This document shows, in pieces, positions 21,358 through 33,191 of a stretch of DNA of 64,000 nt. The stretch covers positions 1,278,355 to 1,342,354 of the forward strand of contig OZ242168.1 of NCBI GenBank assembly GCA_965205275.1, given 5' to 3'. A model generated the notes under the pieces. The model was not told the origin of the DNA. It worked only from the letters and a program-made list of their open reading frames with translations, and made no database searches. The position numbers and the translations under genes are program-made. Within the stretch, counting starts at the first letter, position 1. The number at the start of each line of letters is the position of its first letter. Source of the DNA: Gammaproteobacteria bacterium (GTDB taxonomy: Bacteria; Pseudomonadota; Gammaproteobacteria; UBA4575).

Positions 21358-21430
21358 AAACTTAGCAAGCAGTCCCGGACTCAACCTAGACATAATGACT
21401 TGCCGTGCTGAAGGAGGCAGGCCCTTATGT

Positions 21431-22093
21431 TTAGGGAGAAAGTCTTTCCAACTTCCATTCTCCTGCCGGGACCAGCGAGTAGCGTAAACGATCATGCAGT
21501 CGATTCGGACGCCCTTGCCAGAACTCAAATACACCAGGTATTACACGGTATCCCCCCCAATGTTCTGGACAGGGTATTTCCTGACCTCGATAGGATTGCT
21601 CCAAACGCTGATAGGCCTTTTCCAATACTGAATAGTCTTTTATCACCTTGCTTTGCTGGGAGGCCATGGCACCCAGTTGACTCCCTCTGGGGCGTGAACG
21701 AAAATATTCAGCCGATTCAGCAGCAGATATTTTTTCAACCTGGCCTGATATTCGTACCTGACGATATAACGTGTCCCACCAGAAGCAAAGTGCAGCCGTC
21801 CGGGTAGACTGCAAATCCTGTGCTTTGGCGCTGTTGTAATTGGTAAAAAAAACAAACCCCGTTTCATCAAAGGCTTTTAACAGCACCATGCGGGAAGAGA
21901 TTTCACCCATGCTGCTGACTGTAGCCAGATTCATTGCGTTGGGTTCAGCAAATTCCAAGGTAAGCACCTCATCAAACCATAGCCGGAACTGGTCAAAAGG
22001 ATTCCTTTTGGCTTTTTGTTTATCCAACATTACAGTTCGATAATTTTTTCGTAACCTTTGTATATCATTCTTTTTGCACATTGGATTTTTCAA
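21431..22093 (-). CDS. pdxH: Pyridoxamine 5'-phosphate oxidase
   Basis: C-terminal signature FEFWQGRPNRLHDRLRY and the internal segments RMVLLK and GFVFFTNY. Confidence 0.92.
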   Translation of the reverse strand: MKNPMCKKNDIQRLRKNYRTVMLDKQKAKRNPFDQFRLWFDEVLTLEFAEPNAMNLATVSSMGEISSRMVLLKAFDETGFVFFTNYNSAKAQDLQSTRTAALCFWWDTLYRQVRISGQVEKISAAESAEYFRSRPRGSQLGAMASQQSKVIKDYSVLEKAYQRLEQSYRGQEIPCPEHWGGYRVIPGVFEFWQGRPNRLHDRLRYSLVPAGEWKLERLSP

Positions 22094-22100
22094 TGCACGG

Positions 22101-22730
22101 TCAGTTCAAGGCAATTCCTGTGCCTCCCAGCCCGCAATAGCCATTCGGGTTTTTAGCCAGATATTGCTGATGATAATCCTCCGCATAATAAAATTGCGGC
22201 GCCGCAACGATTTCAGTTGTAATGGATGCATAGCCTTTTTGGCTTAATGCCTGTTGATACTGCTGCCTGGTTTGCTCTGCAATGCTTTTCTGCTCTTCGT
22301 TATATACATAAATCCCTGAACGGTACTGGGTACCTATATCATTCCCCTGGCGCATGCCCTGTGTAGGGTCATGCGACTCCCAGAACAACTCTACCAGACT
22401 CGTATAGCTGATAAGACCGGGAGCAAATACAACACGGACAACCTCATTATGCCCTGTCATGCCCGTACAGACTTCCTGGTAGGTCGGATTAGGGGTAAAG
22501 CCTCCCGAATAACCAACAGAAGTCGAGTACACACCCGGAAGCTGCCAGAACTTTTTTTCCGCACCCCAGAAACAGCCCAGACCAAACATTGCCAGCGCCA
22601 TGCCTTCAGGAAAAGGCGGAGACAACAGATTGCCATTTACATAATGCCTGTTCGTTACTGGCATCGTTTCATCCCGGCCTGTCAGGGCCTGATCGCTTGT
22701 TACACGCTGTATTTTTTTATTCACTATCAC
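22101..22730 (-). CDS. msrA: Peptide-methionine (S)-S-oxide reductase
   Basis: Active-site motif [10 protein letters not shown], plus GHNEVVRV and YHQQYL. Confidence 0.93.
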   Translation of the reverse strand: MIVNKKIQRVTSDQALTGRDETMPVTNRHYVNGNLLSPPFPEGMALAMFGLGCFWGAEKKFWQLPGVYSTSVGYSGGFTPNPTYQEVCTGMTGHNEVVRVVFAPGLISYTSLVELFWESHDPTQGMRQGNDIGTQYRSGIYVYNEEQKSIAEQTRQQYQQALSQKGYASITTEIVAAPQFYYAEDYHQQYLAKNPNGYCGLGGTGIALN

Positions 22731-22854
22731 AATTCTCCAGATACAGGTTTGCAGGTGTGCCTGACAGGCACTTCATACCCCGGGGCATCCGTTTGATTGC
22801 GGCTGTGAGGCAGTTTGATGAACTGCATGACCGCAGAGAATCCAGAATGAAAAT

Positions 22855-23765
22855 CTAGTCTTCCACATCAGATTCGATAAAACACCAGGCAATACCCGGC
22901 AATTCCTTTTTGATTCTCAACTCCAGCATATTGACCTTTTCAACGGCCGCCTTCACAGACATTGAATCCGGTAGCCTGATTTTTGCAGCGAGCATAATTG
23001 AAGAACCAAACTGAATGGTAATGACATTGAATAACTGTGTAACGTTTTCATCCTGCATGATGATCTGATGAATCTTTTCACGGATCTCCGGTTCTGCTGC
23101 GGTACCAATGATCAGGGTTTTGATCCTTGATGCGACAAAAAGTGATACGACAATCAGCACAATGCCAATACATACGGATCCTATGGCATCATAAACCGGA
23201 TTTCCGGTCACAGCACTTAGTGCAACAAAAACAAACGCAACCACCAGCCCCAAAATGGCAGCGCTGTCTTCTCCCAATACACAACGAGTTCTGCGTTACC
23301 CGTGGTACCCAGCCATTGCCGGATCGATTTACGACCTTTGACATCATGGATTGCATTCAGGCAGCCGAACAGACTCACCATTTCCAAAGCAATCGCCGCA
23401 CCCAGTATCACCAGGGCTACCCATACCTGATGCAATGCCTCGGGATGCTGTAACTTGTGCAAGCCTTCATAGATGGAAAATACACCGCCCAGGGTGAATA
23501 GCAACACGGCCACCACAAAGCTCCAGAAATAACTGTTTTTCCCATAGCCCAGCGGGTGTTTTTCATCGGGCGGCTTTTGTGACTGCTTCAGACCGAAGAA
23601 AAGTAAAACCTGGTTTCCTGTATCGGCATACGAATGAACCGCCTCGGCCAGCATGCTTCCTGAGGCAGTATAGATTGCACCTGCCGTCTTCGTCAGTGCG
23701 ATCGCCAGATTACCAAAGGCAAAAAAAATGGCCCGGAGCGATGCCGAATGTCCGCTGACACTCAT
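22855..23765 (-). pseudogene. Cation diffusion facilitator (CDF) transporter split by a 1-nt frameshift near 23270-23280
   Basis: The N-terminal ORF (23217..23765) ends ...GNAELVV then reads out of frame. The C-terminal ORF (22855..23277) resumes LGEDSAAILGLVVAFVF... and continues into the cytoplasmic CDF domain. Together they make one roughly 300-aa CDF protein. Confidence 0.7.
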
Positions 23766-23839
23766 GTATTGTTATACTGCATTGACAAACCTTGCAGGCG
23801 CATATCGACTGTACAGTGACAGTATGCAGGTATTCCCGG

Positions 23840-25744
<1,905 letters not shown>

Positions 25745-25779
25745 TTACTACGGTGATGATATTGCAACAGAGTGAAAAT

Positions 25780-25890
25780 ACATGCCGAAAGAACTCCGGC
25801 ATAGCAGCTTCCCTCCGCCAGCATTATCTGGTTCAGGTTCCAAGAGTAACTCTCAACCCGGCATCAACAGTCGGGCACCCCTAGCTTTAT
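25780..25890 (-). promoter_or_regulatory. TPP (THI-box) riboswitch in the thiC leader
   Basis: The minus strand reads AGCTAGGGGTGCCCGACTGTTGATGCCGGGTTGAGAGTTACTCTTGGAACCTGAACCAGATAATGCTGGCGGAGGGAAGCT. This contains the THI-box cores GGGGTGC, CTGAGA-like TTGAGAG, GAACCTGA-C-GATAAT and GCGGAGGGA. It is followed by the hairpin ATGCCG...CGGCAT and the SD AAGGAG before the thiC ATG. Confidence 0.88.
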
Positions 25891-26018
25891 GACCTCTTAT
25901 ACTAAAGGATAACGCTTTTTTTGTGTATATAAAAAAATACACTGCCCCCGACAAAGCTTGCTCAAACGGGCCACTGCCCGTACGCTGCTGTCTGGCAAAC
26001 TTTATTGTACCTGTATAC

Positions 26019-27011
26019 ATGTCATTCAACATTGCCATCGTTGGACCCGCCCGAAGCAGACAGGGCACCGGCCCTTATGTAGCCAGGGTCTTTCACCAGC
26101 TAGGGGCAAACATCCACGCAGTGGTAAGCAGTTCCCTGCAGTCGGCAGAAAAAACCGCAACCAGCCTGCAAAAAGACTACGGAATTGATTGCCTGGCTTT
26201 TGCAAGTATGGAAGAGATGCTTGGCGGTACTTCGATTGACATCGTAGCGATCTGTTCTCCTGCTACAGCACATTATCAGTATTTACATGCTGCTGCTGAG
26301 GCCGGTTGTCACATATTTTGTGAGAAACCGCTCTGGTGGCCTAGAAAGGGAGTAAAAACCACCACAGATGTACAGCGTGTCACCTCTGATACCATCCGCC
26401 TGGTCCAGTGCTGCAACAGAAAAAACATCACCCTGCAACTGAATACGCAATGGGCATTTACATTGCCAGGCTACTATGAGCTGTACCCGCAGCAAAACCA
26501 GCCTACACAGGCAATGGAAACATTTTCCATGTGGCTGTCTCCACAAAGCACAGGGAAAGACATGATCATCGATGCGGTGCCACATTTGCTCAGCATGCTG
26601 TATGCATTGCTCGGGGCGGGCCGTATACACGATATCCATTACAGCTGCCCGACCCGCAGCCCGGACCAGGAGCTGCATATCAAATTCAATTATCTACATG
26701 CCATGGGCGACTGCAGGGTTGCCTTGTTTTTAAGTCGGACAGACGCCGTGCCCAAGCCTGCCGCCTATGCAATCGACAACCAGCGCATAGATAGACATGT
26801 CGATCTTCCGAATTACCTGATATCATTACGATCACCCAACAAGCAATTGCCGATTGCAGACCCCTTGGTGCGCTCAATCAAGAACTTTATAGGCTCCATA
26901 CATTCCAGATCCACCTCAGATGAGATGGCATTGATCGAAGGGATGGAGCATTTGTTACAAATTTATCAGACTGTAAACTTAAATCAGGACTATGGAAAAA
27001 ATTCATTCTGA
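26019..27011 (+). CDS. Gfo/Idh/MocA-family NAD(P)-dependent oxidoreductase
   Basis: The ATG at 26019 gives MSFNIAIVGPARSRQGTGPYVARVF (Rossmann N-terminus). The family motif FCEKPL is present. The 3' end overlaps the next gene by 20 nt. Confidence 0.75.
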   Translation: MSFNIAIVGPARSRQGTGPYVARVFHQLGANIHAVVSSSLQSAEKTATSLQKDYGIDCLAFASMEEMLGGTSIDIVAICSPATAHYQYLHAAAEAGCHIFCEKPLWWPRKGVKTTTDVQRVTSDTIRLVQCCNRKNITLQLNTQWAFTLPGYYELYPQQNQPTQAMETFSMWLSPQSTGKDMIIDAVPHLLSMLYALLGAGRIHDIHYSCPTRSPDQELHIKFNYLHAMGDCRVALFLSRTDAVPKPAAYAIDNQRIDRHVDLPNYLISLRSPNKQLPIADPLVRSIKNFIGSIHSRSTSDEMALIEGMEHLLQIYQTVNLNQDYGKNSF

Positions 27012-28383
27012 AAGCGGTGAAGTGCTGATCAAGGTTTCGCCTCTGATCAACTTCAGCAAGTTTGACTCAGGGCCAAGCCAGAATACCCCTGTGCGGCCCC
27101 TGCACGTAAAAGCCATAGCCCGTCAGGTTGAAAAACAGACTGAACTTTCTCCTTTACATGACTTTATGGGCAAACTTCTCCAGCCTGAGATACTTGGAGG
27201 CCTGAAAGAATATGTGCGCTGGCAGGTACAATGGCGAGAGGGTTACGCTGCAGATACCATGACCTTTGAACAGGCGTTAAAAAACGCACCTGCACAGGCG
27301 CCTGTTTCTATTAATCTGGACGTTACCACAGCGTGCAATTATCGTTGTGATCACTGTGTGGATATGGATATTCTGAACAAGAATATCAACTATGAGCATG
27401 AATTTCTTAAAGACTCCCTGACATACCTGGTGGAAAACGGCCTGCGTTCCGTAATCATCATTGGTGGTGGTGAGCCAACTGCCTACAAGGGTTTTGAAGA
27501 CATAGTACGTCACCTGAAAGCCATGGATACACAAATCGGTGTAGTCACCAATGGCAGTATGATGAAAAAAATTGAAGCCGTTGCCGATGTATTGCAGAAA
27601 CGGGACTGGGTGCGCCTGTCGCTGGATTCCGGCACCAACGAAACATTTCGCGCCATGCACAAACCGGGCAGCAAAAAATGCACACTGGAATGGATTTGTG
27701 AACACATTCCCGCTATCAAGAAATCAAATTCCAAATTTATGATTGGCTTCAGTTTTATTATCGTATGGAAAAACTGTGAAACCAATGATACTGAAATCAT
27801 TGAAAACATTGATGAAATGGTTGCCGCCGCACAGCTGGCCAAAAAGCATCAGTTTGATTACATTTCCTATAAACCGTTTCTCACCCGTTCCGAGTCGAAC
27901 AACGCTGAAGTCGTTGGTATTGACAAAAAACAGGAACATGTAGCCTCCACCATGACCAAGATTTGCAACGCCATCCATCAGGCCAGGGAACTTGAAGATG
28001 AAAGCTTTGCGGTAGTCGAAAGTACAAATCTGCGTGTACTGGAAAACGGCACCTACATGAACTACAGTGAGCAACCTCACAATTGTCACATGCAGTATTT
28101 CAGGCAGGTACTAAGCCCGCTGGGTGTGTTCAACTGCCCCGTATATCGCCATGTCCCCCAAGCTTTGCTGGGAGAAAAGCATGCCTATGCAACCCAAAGC
28201 GGGCTGCAGGCTACACAAAGGAATACCCTAAGGCTGATTGAGACATTTGATGCCACTGAGGAATGCAAGGATGTAACCTGTTTATACAATCATGCCAACT
28301 GGTTTATCGAGGATTTAATCAATCATCCGGAAAAACTGGACCGGCTTGATTCCAGTTTTGACCGCGCTGATTATTTTCTCTAG
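26992..28383 (+). CDS. Radical SAM enzyme, unknown substrate (463 aa)
   Basis: CX3CX2C motif NLDVTTACNYRCDHC and a GGGEP SAM-binding motif (IIIGGGEPTA). There are four further C-terminal Cys (C..HMQ, NCPVY, CKDVTC), possibly an auxiliary cluster. No B12-binding domain was recognised. Confidence 0.8.
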   Translation: MEKIHSESGEVLIKVSPLINFSKFDSGPSQNTPVRPLHVKAIARQVEKQTELSPLHDFMGKLLQPEILGGLKEYVRWQVQWREGYAADTMTFEQALKNAPAQAPVSINLDVTTACNYRCDHCVDMDILNKNINYEHEFLKDSLTYLVENGLRSVIIIGGGEPTAYKGFEDIVRHLKAMDTQIGVVTNGSMMKKIEAVADVLQKRDWVRLSLDSGTNETFRAMHKPGSKKCTLEWICEHIPAIKKSNSKFMIGFSFIIVWKNCETNDTEIIENIDEMVAAAQLAKKHQFDYISYKPFLTRSESNNAEVVGIDKKQEHVASTMTKICNAIHQARELEDESFAVVESTNLRVLENGTYMNYSEQPHNCHMQYFRQVLSPLGVFNCPVYRHVPQALLGEKHAYATQSGLQATQRNTLRLIETFDATEECKDVTCLYNHANWFIEDLINHPEKLDRLDSSFDRADYFL

Positions 28384-29408
28384 ACAGAAGTACTGCCCAG
28401 TAATTCCCTTGCACTTTCGTATACCCTGCTTACGGCAAGATTACGGAGACAATTGTAATGTCCATACGGACATTGTTTTTTCCAGCAAGGACTGCAATCC
28501 AGATTCAGATACTGGGTTTTTGCAACATTGGACAACGGCGGGGTGTACTCAGGTGTGATGGATCCGTAAATGACCACTACGGGCCGGCCTACTGCAGTAG
28601 CAATGTGCATCAGCCCGGAATCATTGGTAATGGCAATTTTTACCAGTGAAAGCAAGTCGACAGCCTCCTCCAGACTGGTCTGCCCGCATAAATTTTTAGC
28701 GCTGCCATTGGATACGTTCACAACCTCCTGTCCAATGGCATGATCTTTGGAAGAACCGAAAACGTATACATTAAAGCCTTCCTTCTCAAACAGGGAAGCC
28801 AGTTCACCAAAATATCTTGCCGGCCAGCGTTTAGATGGGCCAAACTCTGCGCCAGGCATTAATGCAATACATGGAGCGGCCTCGTCTACCCCCAGTCTGG
28901 CTGCCGTTTTGTGACGCTTATCTTCATGCACCTGCAATTTGGGGAAACGGATTTCAGGAAGTTGCCCAGACTGTGACCGGTCAGCCCCCAGATTTACATA
29001 GCGTTCCACAGCTTTATAGGTAATACCCTTGTCAAGCACCCGTATATCGTTCACGATCCGGTAACGCATTTCTCCACGATAGGCAGTGCGTTTTGGGATA
29101 CCTGCAAAATAGGGAATCAGTGCAGACTTGAAAGACCTGGGTAAAATAATGGATTGGTCGTACCTGCCCCGAAGTGCCCGGCCCATACGCAGTCGCTTTA
29201 AAAGTCCCAATTCACCGTGGCTCAAGTCCACTTCAATAATATTTCTCACTTCCGGCATTCGAGCAAGCACTGGAGCAGACCAACCTGGTGCTGCCACGTC
29301 AATAATATTTCCCTGATCTTGATGTTTTAGGGCCTTAAACAGACTTTGTACCATCACCATGTCGCCCACCCAAGCCGGGCCTATAATGAGTATTTTCCTG
29401 GCTTTCAA
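28380..29408 (-). CDS. waaF: ADP-heptose:LPS heptosyltransferase II
   Basis: GT9 family. The N-terminus MKARKILIIGPAWVGDMVMVQSLFKALK and the block NDSGLMHIATAVGRPVVVIYG are typical WaaF features. Confidence 0.85.
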   Translation of the reverse strand: MKARKILIIGPAWVGDMVMVQSLFKALKHQDQGNIIDVAAPGWSAPVLARMPEVRNIIEVDLSHGELGLLKRLRMGRALRGRYDQSIILPRSFKSALIPYFAGIPKRTAYRGEMRYRIVNDIRVLDKGITYKAVERYVNLGADRSQSGQLPEIRFPKLQVHEDKRHKTAARLGVDEAAPCIALMPGAEFGPSKRWPARYFGELASLFEKEGFNVYVFGSSKDHAIGQEVVNVSNGSAKNLCGQTSLEEAVDLLSLVKIAITNDSGLMHIATAVGRPVVVIYGSITPEYTPPLSNVAKTQYLNLDCSPCWKKQCPYGHYNCLRNLAVSRVYESARELLGSTSV

Positions 29409-29566
29409 AAGTGTTTACTGCGCTGCATCTGATTCGTGGGAAGCCATGGCTTTTGAGTATATATTGCCGTAAAGCTGCCGGGCTATAGCTCTTGCATATA
29501 TAATACTGATATAGCATTGTAAATGCCTGCACTGGCAATATAACAGACAAAAGTACAAATCGGCTG

Positions 29567-30226
29567 ATGGATGTCGAGCAAGCACGGTTCAATATGATTG
29601 AACAACAGATACGCCCTTGGGGAGTTCTGGATACGGGTGTATTGAAAGTGATTGAACAAACACCACGTGAACTATTTGTACCGGATCAATACCGGAAACT
29701 GGCGTTTTCTGATCTGGAGGTCCCTTTGCCAAACGGGCAGTTCATGATGACCCCGAAACTTGAAGCACGCATGCTGCAGGCTTTGCAGATAAAGCCGGAT
29801 GACAGGATTCTGGAGATTGGAACAGGCAGTGGATTTGTCACCGCCTGTCTGGCTAGACAGGGTATTCATGTGGATACCATCGAATGGTTCGAAATCCTGG
29901 CGAATCAGGCGCAGAGAAATATGGAGCAACTGGGGATTGAAAATGTCAGATTTATACAGGCAGATGCCCTGGCCCTAAGTGACGCACAAGATGTCAAACG
30001 ATACGATATCATTGCTGTCACTGCCTCAATGCCTGTGTATCAGGATGTGTTTGAAAAACTCCTGGTCGAGGGCGGACGTATGTTTGTGGTAACCGGTAAG
30101 GCTCCAGTGATGCAGGCACAACTGCTTACCCGGGCTGATGCACAGGAACTGCATTGCTTAACGTTACTTGAAACCAGCTTGTCTCCTTTGATCGGCTTTG
30201 ATGAGCCACAGGCTTTCCAGCTATAA
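29567..30226 (+). CDS. Protein-L-isoaspartate O-methyltransferase-family protein
   Basis: SAM motif ILEIGTGSGFVTACLA and PCMT-like length. The pcm-like / rhodanese / tolC order is a common gammaproteobacterial arrangement. Confidence 0.75.
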   Translation: MDVEQARFNMIEQQIRPWGVLDTGVLKVIEQTPRELFVPDQYRKLAFSDLEVPLPNGQFMMTPKLEARMLQALQIKPDDRILEIGTGSGFVTACLARQGIHVDTIEWFEILANQAQRNMEQLGIENVRFIQADALALSDAQDVKRYDIIAVTASMPVYQDVFEKLLVEGGRMFVVTGKAPVMQAQLLTRADAQELHCLTLLETSLSPLIGFDEPQAFQL

Positions 30227-30549
30227 TGTTCAAGGAATACAGCCCGCAAGAGCTTAAAAACTACCTGGAACTGGCAGCTACCAGGCCAGTCTTGCTGGAT
30301 GTCAGGGAGCCATGGGAATATGAACGCTGCCACCTCCCCAAAACTACACTTGTACCCATGAAACAGATCCCGGGTGTATTGCATGATTTTGATCCGAACC
30401 AGGAAATTGTCGTCATCTGCCACCACGGCATACGCAGCCGCGCCGTTGCCGGTTATCTGGCAAAACATAATTTTACCAGGGTGATCAATCTTTCAACCGG
30501 AATTGATGGATGGGCGAAGCAGGTCGACCCGTCCATGTCGGTTTACTAG
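30226..30549 (+). CDS. Rhodanese-domain sulfurtransferase (single domain)
   Basis: Active-site loop CHHGIRS, 107 aa. The start overlaps the upstream stop (TAATG). Confidence 0.85.
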   Translation: MFKEYSPQELKNYLELAATRPVLLDVREPWEYERCHLPKTTLVPMKQIPGVLHDFDPNQEIVVICHHGIRSRAVAGYLAKHNFTRVINLSTGIDGWAKQVDPSMSVY

Positions 30550-30588
30550 CATCAGGAAGTTGTATTTTATAAGGTTCAATAAGAAGTC

Positions 30589-31926
30589 ATGCATCTGAAA
30601 CCAAAAACAGACTTTCTTCTTTTTTCCTTGCTTATGACATTCTTTGCAGTGGCAGCGGAGCCTGCCACTGCAAAGAGCCTGCTTGATATCTATTCCATGG
30701 CCAAACAGCATGATGTCGATATTCAAATAGCCGAATCAAGATATGAAGCCCAGGCCCAGGCAAGACCGCTTGCCCGTGCAAGTCTTCTGCCGCATGCCAG
30801 CATGAGCGCAAATACCAGCGATACCCGCCATAAGACCGACGGTCAAGTATTCGGGATATCGGGCAAGACTGTGAATTTCAACTCTCATGGCTACAACCTG
30901 AATATCAGTCAGGCACTCTATCATCGGGATTTTTATGTGCAGCTGCGCCAGGCAAAAAACTCTGTTGCCAAAGCCAAAGTGGACCTGGATGCTGCACATC
31001 AGGATCTAATCATGCGTACGGCAGATGTCTATTTTAATGTACTGGCAGCACACGACGCCGTCACGTTTCAAACGTCTGAAAAAAAGGCCATCGCACGCCA
31101 GCTCGAACAGGCTGAAGAGCATTTTGAAGTAGGCCTGATTGCAATTACGGATGTACATGAAGCCCAGGCCTCCTACGATCTTGTTGCGGTAAAGGAAATT
31201 GAAGCGCTTAATGCGCTGGAAATTTCCAAAGGTGCACTGGAAGTCATTGTTGCAGAACATCTGGATCATCTGCACCCTCTTTCAGGCCGCATGCAGCTTG
31301 TTTTGCCAACACCGGATAATGCCGAGGACTGGGTAGCCAAGGCTCTGCAGCATAACCTGACCCTATTGTCGAGTGAGTACGCGAGCAAGATTTCCCACCA
31401 GGAAATCAGATTACAGCAATCGCGTCATCTCCCCACGCTTGATCTCGTTGCCTCACATTCCGAGGCAGATACCGGCGGGCTGACGGGTTCGCGCACAACT
31501 GAAGACACCCTTATAGGCCTGCAACTGAATATCCCGATCGTTGAGGGAGGTAGAATATATTACAGCACCAGACAGGCACGCCATAATGCCGCACTTGCAC
31601 AAAATGAGTACGAAAAAGTACGGCGCAAGACCATTCAGGATACACGTAACGCCTACCTGAATGTGATCTCGGAGATCAGTCGGGTCAAGGCTCTAGCTAC
31701 CGCCCTGAAATCCACCAAAGCGGCAGCCCGTGCTGCTGAAGCCGGATTTCAGGCTGGGACACGTACCTCCGCAGACGTATTGCTTGCTGTACAGGAAACC
31801 TTTCTTGCCAAACGGAATCACTCACGTGCACGGTATGACTACCTTCTGAATACGCTTCGACTCAAACAGGCCACAGGGACTCTGTCGGTGGATGATTTGC
31901 TGAAGATTGATGATTGGCTGAATTAG
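30589..31926 (+). CDS. tolC: TolC-family outer-membrane channel
   Basis: Signal peptide, LLDIYSMAKQHD start of the mature protein, tandem-repeat OMF architecture, 445 aa. Confidence 0.88.
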   Translation: MHLKPKTDFLLFSLLMTFFAVAAEPATAKSLLDIYSMAKQHDVDIQIAESRYEAQAQARPLARASLLPHASMSANTSDTRHKTDGQVFGISGKTVNFNSHGYNLNISQALYHRDFYVQLRQAKNSVAKAKVDLDAAHQDLIMRTADVYFNVLAAHDAVTFQTSEKKAIARQLEQAEEHFEVGLIAITDVHEAQASYDLVAVKEIEALNALEISKGALEVIVAEHLDHLHPLSGRMQLVLPTPDNAEDWVAKALQHNLTLLSSEYASKISHQEIRLQQSRHLPTLDLVASHSEADTGGLTGSRTTEDTLIGLQLNIPIVEGGRIYYSTRQARHNAALAQNEYEKVRRKTIQDTRNAYLNVISEISRVKALATALKSTKAAARAAEAGFQAGTRTSADVLLAVQETFLAKRNHSRARYDYLLNTLRLKQATGTLSVDDLLKIDDWLN

Positions 31927-31931
31927 CCTGC

Positions 31932-33191
31932 ATGCCAAAATCGTTACGGCGCACCTCCTTGCGGTACAAGGCACTGTTATTCCTGCTGGCCCCTGCAGCA
32001 CTTGGATACACTGCATATCGATCTGTCAAGGACGGGGGCTGGCGTTATTTCTCCCAGCGTCTCGGGTTCAACTATCCGCTTTCAAAAATACCCTCAATAC
32101 TGATTCATTGCGCCTCTGTAGGTGAATTCAGTGCCGCCAAACCGTTAATTTTCAAACTGTGCAGCCAGTATCCAGATCACCACCTCGTCATCTCCACTAA
32201 TACCCCTGCTGCTGCAAAGCTGGTGTCTGGACTGCTGCATGAAAGGATCACGCATGTCTATATGCCACTTGATTACTCATTTTCAGTAAACAAGCTGTTA
32301 ACACGTATCGGTCCTGCCAGCGTGTTGATTCTGGAAACAGAAATCTGGCCGACACTATTTTTTCAAACCGCAAAAAAAAATATTTCCATCGCCATTATCA
32401 ATGGAAGACTATCCAGCAAGACATTACGTGCAACCCGGGTTTTAAAAAATGAATATCAATCTTCACTTAAAAACCTGACTCTGGTACTCACACGCTCGGA
32501 TGAGGATCGTTCGAAGTTCCTGAATTTAGGTGCCGAGGATCATACAACTCACACTGTAGGTAACCTGAAATATGCGGCTGCCTGGATCAATAAGAATCCG
32601 TGCTGCACTGAAATCAAACGCCCGTTTCTTCTGGCAGTGTCCACACATGAAGACGAGGAACTGCACCTGGCCCAGCATTTGCCTTTGCTGAAACAAAAAA
32701 ATTATCTTCTCATTATTGCACCGAGATACCCGGGCCGAGGCAATCTTTTGCATCGTCAACTGCAACAGAAAAATTTCACTGTAGCTGTGCGCAGCCGGCA
32801 AGACAGTATTACAGACCGTACAGACATTTATATAGTGGATACCCTGGGAGAGCTGGACGGATATTTAAACGAGGCTACGCTGGTGTTTGTGGGAGGTTCA
32901 CTGATACTCCGGGGCGGCCATAATATTCTTGAACCTGCCGGCTTTGGCAAATGCACGCTCGTGGGTCCACACATGGATAACTTTTCACTGGAGACAAAAG
33001 AGCTGTTGAAAGCGGATGGAATCATCCAGGTCTCTGACAATCAGGATCTGGGTATGCAGCTGGCACGCTTGCTCAATGATGAGTATACGCGAACCCAATA
33101 CGGGATAAACGCGCAGCAGTTTATCAGACAGAAAGCCTTGGTATTAGGCAATTATATAGAATACCTGCAACCGATGCTGCAGCAGCACTAA
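31932..33191 (+). CDS. waaA: 3-deoxy-D-manno-octulosonic acid (Kdo) transferase
   Basis: GT30 features: IHCASVGEFSAAKPLI, ILETEIWP and FVGGSL...GGHNILEPA. ATG 31932 avoids overlap with tolC; the listed ORF starts at 31914. Confidence 0.9.
   Translation: MPKSLRRTSLRYKALLFLLAPAALGYTAYRSVKDGGWRYFSQRLGFNYPLSKIPSILIHCASVGEFSAAKPLIFKLCSQYPDHHLVISTNTPAAAKLVSGLLHERITHVYMPLDYSFSVNKLLTRIGPASVLILETEIWPTLFFQTAKKNISIAIINGRLSSKTLRATRVLKNEYQSSLKNLTLVLTRSDEDRSKFLNLGAEDHTTHTVGNLKYAAAWINKNPCCTEIKRPFLLAVSTHEDEELHLAQHLPLLKQKNYLLIIAPRYPGRGNLLHRQLQQKNFTVAVRSRQDSITDRTDIYIVDTLGELDGYLNEATLVFVGGSLILRGGHNILEPAGFGKCTLVGPHMDNFSLETKELLKADGIIQVSDNQDLGMQLARLLNDEYTRTQYGINAQQFIRQKALVLGNYIEYLQPMLQQH

Noticed and set aside
25853-26068. 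71-aa minus-strand ORF upstream of thiC
   Set aside because: It overlaps the TPP riboswitch 5' region and the divergent oxidoreductase start, and it has no coding signal.
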